From an uncultured delta proteobacterium (GTDB taxonomy: Bacteria; Desulfobacterota; Desulfobulbia; Desulfobulbales; JAGXFP01), in the NCBI GenBank assembly GCA_963807225.1, contig CAWEAD010000005.1:326893-390892 (forward strand): a stretch of 64,000 bases of DNA. The letters run 5' to 3'. The first letter of the stretch is position 1. Each line of letters begins with the position of its first letter. A model generated the notes under the pieces. That model saw nothing but the letters and a program-made list of their open reading frames with translations. It searched no databases and had not been told where the DNA came from. Below are positions 1 through 8,568 of the stretch, one piece after another. The translations under genes and the position numbers were made by a program.

Positions 1-208
1 CTTCCCCCAAATGAGCCCGAAGCTGAATCTGCAAACCGACCATAACCGGTCACCGAGATGTGCCACGATCCCGGAGGCGAAATTGGCGCCCCTTAGACCG
101 CCAGCTAAGACCCCGGCTCAATTTGTCTTTGTTTGAGGATGCCTTATTTTCTTATTAAAAGGATAATGGTAAATAAATTTACAAAAGCAAAATGAGAAGG
201 AGGATGTC

Positions 209-403
209 ATGGCCAGAAAATACATTGATTGTCGAGAGCACACGGGAGATGTTCCTTGCACCGTTGCCATCTCCGCCGACACGGAGGAGGAGCTTTTAGA
301 AGCTGCGTTGCAACATGGAAAAAGCGTCCACGGTTTCAAGGATACACCGGAATTGAGGAATGAACTCAAAAAGGGGTTTAAGGAAGGAGCCCCGGCGACA
401 TAA
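209..403 (+). CDS. DUF1059-type small metal-binding protein
   Basis: 64-aa ORF; ATG preceded by GAAGGAGGA. MARKYIDCREHTGDVPC...TEEELLEAALQHGKSVHG fits the DUF1059 pattern. A hairpin terminator follows. Confidence 0.7.
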   Translation: MARKYIDCREHTGDVPCTVAISADTEEELLEAALQHGKSVHGFKDTPELRNELKKGFKEGAPAT

Positions 404-429
404 TGTGAACTTTCAGTTCGAAGACCCAA

Positions 430-471
430 AAAACACCCAATGGCTTTCCGGCCATAGGGTGTTTTAATTTT
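430..471 (+). terminator. rho-independent terminator candidate
   Basis: Stem AACACCCAATGGC (432-444) / GCCATAGGGTGTT (451-463), one mismatch, followed by TTTTAATTTT. Confidence 0.5.
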
Positions 472-515
472 CGGCCATATTGCGAGGATGTTTGAATAAT
501 CAACTGGGGACCGAA

Positions 516-1178
516 ATGAAATCGCCAATCTTCATCAAGCGGCTGCCGGTCGGCGACTATAAAGTCAATTGCTACCTGGTGGCCTGCCAGGAAACTCGCC
601 GTACGGCGATCATCGATCCCGGCGGCGAACCGGAAATGATCCTGGATGTGATACGCCGGGAAGGACTGGCCCCTCTTTACCTGCTCAACACCCATGCCCA
701 CGGTGATCATGGCCTGGCCAATCGCACCCTGGCCCGGGCATTGGTCATTCCCCTGGGATTGCACGTAAGCGACAGCGAGTTTTTCGCCAATCCTGAACAC
801 CGGGTGGCCCATTTGCAGGAACTGGGAATGTCGCCCACCGGTCCGGCCGATCTGCCCTTGCAGGACGGCCAGGAACTGCCGCTGGGTGAGTTGACCATTA
901 AGGTCATCCACACGCCGGGCCATTCGCCCGGCTCGGTATGTTTCCTGATCTCCGGCCACCTCTTCTCCGGCGACACCCTCTTTGTCGGCGATGTGGGCCG
1001 CAGCGACCTGACCGGCGGCTCCTTCGAGACCCTGCTGGCCTCTCTGCGGGAAAAGATCCTGCCCCTGCCGGATGAGACCGTGATCCACCCCGGCCATGAC
1101 TATGGCGAAACCCCCACCTCCACCCTGGCCTGGGAAAAGCGGGAAAACCCCTACATTACCGATTTTCTAATGGGATAA
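516..1178 (+). CDS. MBL-fold metallo-hydrolase (glyoxalase II-like)
   Basis: The ORF track starts at TTG 480; the first ATG is at 516 (MKSPIFIKRL). HxHxDH motif present as THAHGDH, later HTPGHSPG and a C-terminal HPGHDYG. Confidence 0.85.
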   Translation: MKSPIFIKRLPVGDYKVNCYLVACQETRRTAIIDPGGEPEMILDVIRREGLAPLYLLNTHAHGDHGLANRTLARALVIPLGLHVSDSEFFANPEHRVAHLQELGMSPTGPADLPLQDGQELPLGELTIKVIHTPGHSPGSVCFLISGHLFSGDTLFVGDVGRSDLTGGSFETLLASLREKILPLPDETVIHPGHDYGETPTSTLAWEKRENPYITDFLMG

Positions 1179-1204
1179 ATAGACTGAGAAATCAGCTGAT
1201 TCGG

Positions 1205-1463
1205 CGGCTATTTCGGCATGCATGGCCTCGATTACAGCCAGAGGCTCGGCGGCCCGGCTGATGGGCCGGCCGACCACCACAGTAATCGGCTCCGGCGGCG
1301 ATGGACTTTCCGGCGTTCATCACCCGATTCCCGTTGCCGGAATTCGGTTAGCTCGCCCCGCGACGGATGCCGGAGGTTAACAACTGCGAAATCCTCCCCC
1401 AGTCTCCTACGCAGCATCTCCGCCCTCTGACCGAGGCGACCACCCTGGCGCAGCCGGCCGCCT
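1205..1463 (-). pseudogene. decayed copy of the pyrF 3' end (orotidine-5'-phosphate decarboxylase C-terminal ~90 codons)
   Basis: Minus-sense DNA aligns with pyrF 3896-4169: AEMLRRRLGEDFAVV / RVMNAGKSIAAGADY / EPLAVIEAMHAE versus AALLRRELGRDFAIV / RVMTAGKAIAAGADY / EPLAVIEAMQAE. It needs at least two frame changes and contains an in-frame stop. Confidence 0.7.
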
Positions 1464-1699
1464 ATGCCGATTCGGAACTCCAATCTCCTGCCTGATGAAT
1501 ATTTGGGATATGGAATTGCGGCAATAACTGTGGAACTGACTTGGCCTCCTTCCCTTTGGGGCTATGCCTCCTCTTTTTCCCGAAATTGACCGGGCGTTGC
1601 CGATCTAGTATGTTTCGTAGGTACTATAATCAGCAAAAGAGCAAGAAGAACAAACGAATCAAAACTGGTTAAGGGGCCGACCTGGTTCGGACTTGTTAT

Positions 1700-2040
1700 T
1701 TTATTTTAAAACGTAGGGGCTAAGCAACTGCTTGCTGCTTTGAGGTGACAAGCAGATGCAGTTCTCGTTTCTGCTTCTTTGTCAGGCGACATGCGAGTCG
1801 AAAACATAAACCTGCAAACCAGCGTTAACTTCCAGTTCTTTGACTTGTGCCATCTCCCTGCCGTTGTTGTGGGTCAATTTGTGCCGCAGGGAAAGAGGGA
1901 TTAATTTATCGGTGCAGTTGGAACAATAATCTAGCCAGGAGACAGCTCTCCACGGAACTTAATAGTGGACCTAATGGATGATAGAGAGGCAACCACTATC
2001 AAACATGGCCCCCGAAATCATGCCAAAGGGTGACGCATAA
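1700..2040 (-). mobile_element. IS30-family DDE transposase remnant (C-terminal part, pseudogene)
   Basis: Minus-sense translation reads TDKLIPLSLRHKLTHNNGREMAQVKELEVNAGLQVYVFDSHVA*QRSRNEN. This is collinear with the IS30-family block L-T-x-D-x-G-x-E...V-Y-F-x-D-P-x-S-P-W-Q-R-G-x-N-E-N (recalled from memory). A TGA sits at the conserved Trp position and the N-terminal half is absent. Confidence 0.55.
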
Positions 2041-3404
2041 TGGTCAGATTTGCCAGGCTCGTTCTAATAGGAAGCTTTCTCGTAATGTTATTTTCCTTAT
2101 CCATGGTTCTTTCATACTCCCTGCCGGGACATCGTATAAGGTCACATGTGCAGACTTCTATAAAGCAGCTTGAACTTGAATGGCCCCGATCTACTTCATT
2201 AGTCGCTCTTGATTCTTTCTTACTAGACAATTACTCAGATTCAATCATGCTGAACCAGGCGCTTCGCCAAAAGGGGGTTGGACCTGTAAAAAGTGCATTC
2301 GGTAATTATATGTTGGTTATAAAAAATTCTGCGGAAAATAATTTATTACCTCTTAAGAACCTTCAGACGATTTTTAAAGGTAATGGCAGGAGCCAACTTG
2401 AACAAAATTCATACGCTCGTTACTGGCATGGTTATCAGGTATTTTTAAGGCCACTTCTCATTTTTTTTGATTACGGGGCGATACGCTGGCTTAATGCTTA
2501 TATACTCACTGCCTGCGTTTTAACAGTTACAGCACTACTTCGTCATCGCCTTAACCTAGGTGTTGCTATTGCATTCTTGATGGCATTAGAAGCCGCGGGT
2601 ATTGTTGCAGTTCCAATGTCGATTCACTACAGTAGTGTCTTTTACGTAATGCTCGCTGGCATCACTGCCGTCGCGTTAGGCATGAACGCACAGGGCATCT
2701 TTCGCTTTGACATTGAAACTTTTTTTATATTAGGTGCATTCACATCTTTTGTTGATCTACTCACAGCTCCGCTTTTGACCTTGGGGATGCCCCTTGGGGT
2801 ACTTTTGCTCAAGAGGATGTGGTCTGATTCGGAATCCAGATTCAGTCGACAGTTTGAGTGTTTTATCAAGATGTCGTGTGCATGGGTAACCGGCTACATA
2901 GGATGTTGGGCTAGTAAGTGGATTATCTCATCACTTATCTTAGGAAGAAACATTCTAGCGGATGCGGTACAGAGTGTTATTTTTCGGCTGAATGGGATCG
3001 AATCGGGATTCGATCACGAGATAATTAAACCACTATTTTATAATATAGCTATGCTCTTCCCAATTTTCGGCGCCCCCCAACCGCTAGGTCCACAATGGGA
3101 CATTGTAGCTGCTGCATTAGTAGTACCAACCTCCCTTGTTCTAGTTTCCGTCGTACTGCTCATGCGTCATATGCGTACTGATGGAAAGCGTCTTCGAATC
3201 TTGGGATTACTGCCCGTCGCGATGCTACCGTTTGCTTGGTACCTAGTTGTAAGAAATCATTCAATGATTCATTTTTATTTTACCTATCGTTCCTTAGCGA
3301 TCTCTATCTTTACGTTGGTCACATGCATGTTTTATCTATTCGATCCATGTTATCTAAACAGGATCAAAGTAAAAATAGAATCGTACTTTCGGCGGCCAGC
3401 ATAA
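2040..3404 (+). CDS. polytopic membrane protein of unknown function (about 11-12 predicted TM segments)
   Basis: 454-aa ORF, ATG after AAGGGTG. One N-terminal TM, a ~110-aa loop (LLDNYSD, SYARYWHGYQ), then many hydrophobic helices. Visibly AT-richer than the flanks. No family recognised with confidence. Confidence 0.7.
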   Translation: MVRFARLVLIGSFLVMLFSLSMVLSYSLPGHRIRSHVQTSIKQLELEWPRSTSLVALDSFLLDNYSDSIMLNQALRQKGVGPVKSAFGNYMLVIKNSAENNLLPLKNLQTIFKGNGRSQLEQNSYARYWHGYQVFLRPLLIFFDYGAIRWLNAYILTACVLTVTALLRHRLNLGVAIAFLMALEAAGIVAVPMSIHYSSVFYVMLAGITAVALGMNAQGIFRFDIETFFILGAFTSFVDLLTAPLLTLGMPLGVLLLKRMWSDSESRFSRQFECFIKMSCAWVTGYIGCWASKWIISSLILGRNILADAVQSVIFRLNGIESGFDHEIIKPLFYNIAMLFPIFGAPQPLGPQWDIVAAALVVPTSLVLVSVVLLMRHMRTDGKRLRILGLLPVAMLPFAWYLVVRNHSMIHFYFTYRSLAISIFTLVTCMFYLFDPCYLNRIKVKIESYFRRPA

Positions 3405-3895
3405 ACATCATTATTAATTGGTTTTGTAAACCGCATGAGTTTGTCGAATATATGCCGAGAGAAAGGGTGGAATGAAATGCTTTATTGGACCAACCGCCCA
3501 GTCACCACCAACAACAGAAAAAGAAACAGCATCCCGTCCTCACTTCCAGCTGCCTGAATTTTATAGGGGCAGCCTCCTCCTCTATGGCAAAACCGGGCAG
3601 TCTCTGTTGCGGGTCATCGCCGAGAAAGCGCTTATATCTTTACCGGGAGTTCGTCCCAATAAGGTTATGTCAAGTCTTGGCTTCTGTCAACTTCTTTGAC
3701 AGTCACTTCACCTTCCTCCTTCAGCGCTATGTAAGAACTGGCCGTATTCTTTTCTTAACATCTGCGGCAGTGCAAAATTCATGCGGCATCTAATGTTGCG
3801 CACCAGCATGTTGGATCCCCCTCCACCCTGGTCTAGGAGAAGCAGGAAAATCCCACAACACCGATTTCATTTTGAATTGAGCGTAAAGCGGAATT

Positions 3896-4618
3896 TCAGG
3901 AGAAGACTGAAATGATCTCGGCCTGCATGGCCTCGATGACGGCCAGGGGCTCGACGGACTGGCTGATGGGACGCCCCACCACCAAGTAATCGGCGCCGGC
4001 GGCAATGGCCTTCCCCGCGGTCATCACCCGGTTCTGGTCGTCACTTTTATTCAGGAGGGTCGAACCCGGACGGATGCCGGGGGTGACAATGGCGAAATCC
4101 CGCCCCAGTTCCCGGCGCAACAAGGCGGCCTCCCGACCCGAGGCCACTACCCCGCGACAGCCGGCCGCCAGGGCAAGTCTAGCCCGGTGCAGAACCAGAT
4201 CGGGCAACGCCATGGTGATCCCGGACTGACGCAGGTCATCCTCGGCCAGACTGGTAAGAACGGTAACCGCCAGGATCCCAACCCGCGCGCCGGCCGCCGC
4301 GGCTGCCGCCCTGACCACCGGCGCCTCGCCGTGAACGGTGGCGAAGGTTACCCCGTGCTCGGCCAGTTGGGCCACGGCCAGACCAACGGTGGCCGAGATA
4401 TCGTGCAGCTTCAGATCGAGCATCACCCGATGCCCGCGGCCGATAAGCCAATCGACCGTACCGAACCAATCGGCCAGAAAAAGCTGCAACCCCACTTTGT
4501 AGAAGCCCAGGTGTGACTCGGTCTTTTCCACCAGTTCCCGGGCTTTGTCGGGATGGTCGACATCCAGGGCCAAGATGATCCGATCACGCAGGGGAATTCT
4601 CTGTTTCGTTACATTCAT
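3896..4618 (-). CDS. pyrF: orotidine 5'-phosphate decarboxylase
   Basis: 240 aa; IILALDV...GFYKVGLQLF...VMLDLKLHDI...DYLVVGRPI are PyrF signatures. Confidence 0.95.
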   Translation of the reverse strand: MNVTKQRIPLRDRIILALDVDHPDKARELVEKTESHLGFYKVGLQLFLADWFGTVDWLIGRGHRVMLDLKLHDISATVGLAVAQLAEHGVTFATVHGEAPVVRAAAAAAGARVGILAVTVLTSLAEDDLRQSGITMALPDLVLHRARLALAAGCRGVVASGREAALLRRELGRDFAIVTPGIRPGSTLLNKSDDQNRVMTAGKAIAAGADYLVVGRPISQSVEPLAVIEAMQAEIISVFS

Positions 4619-4712
4619 GAAGAACTCGTAAAAGTCTTGGCCTGGCTATGCAGAAATGCGCTACGACGCAAAAGAATGGAATTTTTGCCACGCCATCATT
4701 CATCGTGTTTAC

Positions 4713-5273
4713 TCAGGTGAGGTCGACCACGACCCTTCCTCCGACTCGGAAATCACCGGTGAGCATATCATAGATCATGCCCTCTCCCTTCAGGTTTAGA
4801 CCGGGTCCGGCCAGGCTTACCATCTCAGCAGTCTTGACTTTGCGGAATTTGGGGAAATAGCGTAGCACTTCGGTTTCCAGATGATAGCCATCGTTAGTGA
4901 CCAGCTTGACCTGCTCAGAGATCGTTAAAATCTGTCGAGTCGAATTATAGTTGGCCTCTTCGCCGGAGACCAGCAGGGAACGATGGTCGCCAAATAGTTG
5001 GCCGGTCACCGCGAACATCTGCAGTTCGTCGTCATCGCGGCCGCTTTGCACCTTATCGGCCTTGACCAGCATCTCATCCAGACCAGCCCGGTTCTGACTC
5101 ATGACGACTCGATGCATGACAAAGATGTTCAGTTGCCGGGAAGTTACGGATGAAGCCGAAGTCATTACCGTGACCTTGGGACCCAGAAGCCGGCCGGCTT
5201 CTTTCCACCAGAGCGGGGCCAAAAGCAGGATCAACAGTGGCAGGATCCAGATATAGTTTCGCTTAAGATTCAT
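4713..5273 (-). CDS. lptC: LPS export system protein LptC (candidate)
   Basis: Trimmed to MNLKRNYIWILPLLILLL (N-terminal anchor); 186 aa of beta-rich sequence. The start overlaps the kdsC stop by 11 nt, and kdsC-lptC is the canonical gene order. Confidence 0.65.
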   Translation of the reverse strand: MNLKRNYIWILPLLILLLAPLWWKEAGRLLGPKVTVMTSASSVTSRQLNIFVMHRVVMSQNRAGLDEMLVKADKVQSGRDDDELQMFAVTGQLFGDHRSLLVSGEEANYNSTRQILTISEQVKLVTNDGYHLETEVLRYFPKFRKVKTAEMVSLAGPGLNLKGEGMIYDMLTGDFRVGGRVVVDLT

Positions 5274-5913
5274 CGTCCCTATATTCGGCCAGCAGCTCCT
5301 CGCGCTTTCCCCGGGCCTCAACGAGCATATCACAAATTTCCCGGACGGCACCACGGCCGCCGGGCAAGGCGGTAACATAATGGGCAACCTCAAGCACCTC
5401 CGGGGCCGCGTCCGCCACTGCCACCGCCAGTCCGGCCCTGGTCAGGATCGGCAGATCGAGCCAGTCGTCGCCGACATAAGCGGCTTGTTCCGCCCGAAGT
5501 CCTTGTTCAGACAGAATCCGCCGGAAAATTTCCAGCTTCCGTCCAGCCCCTTGGTAAACCAGGGAGATGCCGAGATTTTCGGCCCGGAGTTGGACCACTT
5601 TCGAAGTGCGGGCAGTTATCAGCCCGACCAGGATCCCGGCTTTCTGCACCAGGCGCAGACCCAGACCGTCGCGGGTACTGAAAACCTTGCTCTCCTGTCC
5701 GTCGGGGGTGTAGATGATGGAACCGTCGGTCAGCACTCCATCCACGTCCAGCAAAAGCAACTTCACCTCCCGGGCCTGCTCCAGGCAGGCTCGCCAACGA
5801 TAGCTGCGTTGGCCCGCGGCCGGACGATTCTGCGAACGTTCCCGCAATCCCTGGGTCACCTCGCAATCGGATGGATAACCGCCACCGCCGGAACCGCAGC
5901 TGTCACCGCTCAT
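5263..5913 (-). CDS. kdsC: 3-deoxy-D-manno-octulosonate 8-phosphate phosphatase (HAD-IIIA)
   Basis: LLLLDVDGVLTDG ... FSTRDGLG ... YVGDDWLDLP ... GGRGAVRE motifs. Start chosen at the ATG overlapping the kdsA stop; the N-terminal 45 aa are atypical, so the start is uncertain. Confidence 0.85.
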   Translation of the reverse strand: MSGDSCGSGGGGYPSDCEVTQGLRERSQNRPAAGQRSYRWRACLEQAREVKLLLLDVDGVLTDGSIIYTPDGQESKVFSTRDGLGLRLVQKAGILVGLITARTSKVVQLRAENLGISLVYQGAGRKLEIFRRILSEQGLRAEQAAYVGDDWLDLPILTRAGLAVAVADAAPEVLEVAHYVTALPGGRGAVREICDMLVEARGKREELLAEYRDDES

Positions 5914-6763
5914 CAATGATCTCCCCAGCCGTGCCGTTAAAAGGAGCGGCCGCTTGCTGAATGGCAAGGAGGCCGGTCAGGAGATCCTCGACCCGATCCA
6001 GGGGCCAGGAGTTTGGTCCGTCGCAGAGAGCCCGGTCAGGATCGGGATGCACTTCCATAAACAGTCCATCAATCCCGGCCGCTACCGCCGCCCGGGCCAG
6101 GGGCGGAATGAACTCCCGTTGGCCGCCGGAGCTGCCTCCGGACCCGCCGGGTAACTGGACGCTGTGGGTGGCGTCGTAAATCACCGGGCAGCCCAACGAG
6201 CGCAGGACCGGAAAAGCGCGCATGTCCACCACCAGATTATTATATCCCAGCATGGCCCCGCGTTCGACCAGGAGTAGATTGCGGTTACCGGTGGATTTGA
6301 TCTTGCTCACCGCGTGCTGCATGTCCCACGGTGAGAGAAACTGCCCTTTTTTCAGGCTAACCGGTTTGCCGCTCCGCCCGGCGGCCAGCAACAGATCGGT
6401 CTGGCGGCAGAGGAAGGCGGGGATCTGCAGGAGATCAAGAACGGCTGCCGCTGGCTCCACCTGGGAAACCTCGTGAATGTCGGAGATTACCGGTACGCCA
6501 ATAGCCTCTCGCACCCGAGCCATGGTGGCCAGTCCCTTTTCCAGCCCGGGCCCTCGAAAGGAATCCAACGAGGTTCGGTTGGCCTTGTCGAAGGAAGTCT
6601 TAAAGACATACGAAACTCCCAGGCGGTCGGTTATCTCCTTGAGCCGGCCAGCCACTTCCAGAGCCAGTTCCTCCGACTCCAGGACACAGGGTCCGGCCAG
6701 CAATAAAAAAGGTCGGCCCGGGCCGACCTCGAAATAGTCTTTAATTTCTACGAGATCCATCAT
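5903..6763 (-). CDS. kdsA: 2-dehydro-3-deoxyphosphooctonate aldolase (KDO8P synthase)
   Basis: 286 aa; [12 protein letters not shown]...[12 protein letters not shown]...[11 protein letters not shown] are KdsA signatures. The ATG overlaps the pyrG stop. Confidence 0.95.
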   Translation of the reverse strand: MMDLVEIKDYFEVGPGRPFLLLAGPCVLESEELALEVAGRLKEITDRLGVSYVFKTSFDKANRTSLDSFRGPGLEKGLATMARVREAIGVPVISDIHEVSQVEPAAAVLDLLQIPAFLCRQTDLLLAAGRSGKPVSLKKGQFLSPWDMQHAVSKIKSTGNRNLLLVERGAMLGYNNLVVDMRAFPVLRSLGCPVIYDATHSVQLPGGSGGSSGGQREFIPPLARAAVAAGIDGLFMEVHPDPDRALCDGPNSWPLDRVEDLLTGLLAIQQAAAPFNGTAGEIIDER

Positions 6764-8413
6764 CCGGCCTGCTTGAGCGCCGCCCGGATGAACTCCCGGA
6801 AAAGCGGATGCGGGTTCATCGGTTGCGATTTGAACTCCGGGTGAAACTGACAGCCCAGGAACCAGGGATGGTCGGCCACTTCGACAATTTCCACCAGGTT
6901 GTTGTCCGGCGACACCCCGCTGACTACCAGACCCTTTTCTTCCAACTCCCGCCGGAATTTGGGATTGAACTCGAAACGGTGGCGGTGCCGCTCGGAGACA
7001 TCCTCCCGCCGGTATGCCTCGGCGGCAAAAGTCTGGGGGATAATCTTGCAGGGATAAGCGCCAAGGCGCAGAGTACCGCCCATCTCAGAGGTTTCGTCAC
7101 GAACCTGGATCTGATTGGTACGGTAATCGAACCATTCCTTCATCAGATAGATCACCGGGTGGGCGGTCTCCAGGCTGAACTCGTTGCTGTCGGCATCTTC
7201 CCAGCCCAGGACATTGCGGGCATATTCGATTACCGCCAGCTGCATCCCCAGACAGATGCCGAAAAAGGGGAGCCGGTTCAGCACGAGCATAAGTGGTCGC
7301 TTTGATTTTGCCTTCCACCCCGCGGCGCCCGAAGCCACCGGGCACCAGAATACCATGGCAGCCGGCCAGCAGGGCCTCGGGATCCTGGCTCTCCAGATCC
7401 TCGGCGCTGACGTAGCGTAATTCCACATGGGCGTCGTTGGCCACCCCGCCGTGGACCAAGGCTTCGTGCAGGCTTTTATAAGATTCGGTCAGGTCGACAT
7501 ACTTGCCGATAATAGCAATGATCGCCTTGCCGGTCGGGTGTTTGATTTTGTTGACCAGCTCCTGCCAAGCCTCAAGTTTGGGGGCTCCGGTCCAGACATT
7601 GAGCAATTCGAGAATTTTACCGTCCAGACCTTCGCGGGAGAAACAGAGCGGCACCTCATAGATACTCTTGACGTCCTGGGCGGTAATGACGGCATCGGTA
7701 GAAACGTTGCAGAACAGAGAGATTTTCTCCTTCAGTTCCCGGCTCAACTGCTGTTCGGTCCGACAGAGCAGAATGTCGGGCTGGATGCCGATGGCCCGCA
7801 ATTCCTTGACCGAATGCTGGGTTGGCTTGGTTTTGAACTCACAGGCCGTGCGGATGTATGGCACCCAGGTAACATGGATGAAAAGTGAATGTTCCCGCCC
7901 CACATCGAGGCGAAACTGACGAATCGCCTCAATGAAAGGCAGTCCCTCGATATCTCCGATGGTGCCGCCAATCTCGATTATGGCGATGTCGGTCTCACCG
8001 TCCAGCTGCAGGATGGCCCGCTTGATCTCGTCGGTGATATGGGGGATGACTTGGACGGTGCCCCCCAGGTAGTCGCCGCGCCGTTCCTTGGTAATCACCG
8101 AGAAGTAGATCCGGCCTGAGGTGTAGTTGTTGCGCTGGCCCAACTGGGCCGAGGTATAGCGCTCATAATGCCCCAGATCAAGATCGGTCTCGGCCCCGTC
8201 ATCGGTGACGTAGACCTCGCCATGTTGGAAGGGGTTCATGGTCCCGGGGTCGACGTTGATGTAAGGATCGAGCTTTTGGAAGGTGACGCTCAACCCCCGG
8301 CTCTCCATGAGAGCGCCGATGGATGCCGCCGCCAGTCCTTTCCCCAGAGATGAGAGGACACCGCCGGTGACAAAAATAAATTTAGTTTTCTTGCTCGGAT
8401 TGATTTTTTTCAT
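6760..8413 (-). CDS. pyrG: CTP synthase, reading frame interrupted as given (span = 3n+1 nt)
   Basis: N-terminal part in ORF 7097..8422 (true ATG at 8413: [26 protein letters not shown]). C-terminal GATase part in ORF 6760..7428 ([22 protein letters not shown]...HRHRFEFN...CQFHPEF). The frames switch near 7273-7290. Confidence 0.9.
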
Positions 8414-8568
8414 GCTGGTCAATATAGCAAACCGCTTCCCTTTTCACCAAGGAAAAGTTACCGCCGAACCCCCGAATTCCCTGCGCTCGTTCCGGGATTG
8501 GGATGCAACCCGGATATGACGATTTTTTTCTCCGAAAATATTTCAAAAATCCATTATAACTAACCGAT

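Noticed and set aside
118-528. 136-aa minus-strand ORF covering the DUF1059 gene, and possible partial genes at the left edge (1-135).
   Set aside because: The ORF is antisense to a well-supported gene with an SD and a terminator. The edge fragments are too short to identify, and no frame gave a recognisable motif.
3405-3895. Small ORFs in the right arm of the insertion (3472..3699 +, 3485..3793 +, 3790..4005 -).
   Set aside because: They overlap one another, have no SD and no recognisable motifs, and one runs antisense into pyrF. The region is treated as non-coding or decayed DNA.
5914-5967. N-terminal extensions in the ORF track: kdsC, lptC, thiH, map, rpmD, rplX, qmoB, qmoC, secE, rpoA, pyrG and the MBL hydrolase.
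   Set aside because: The track starts each ORF at the first ATG/GTG/TTG after a stop. The extensions overlap upstream genes or lack an SD. They were trimmed to the start codon that matches the conserved N-terminus and has an SD.
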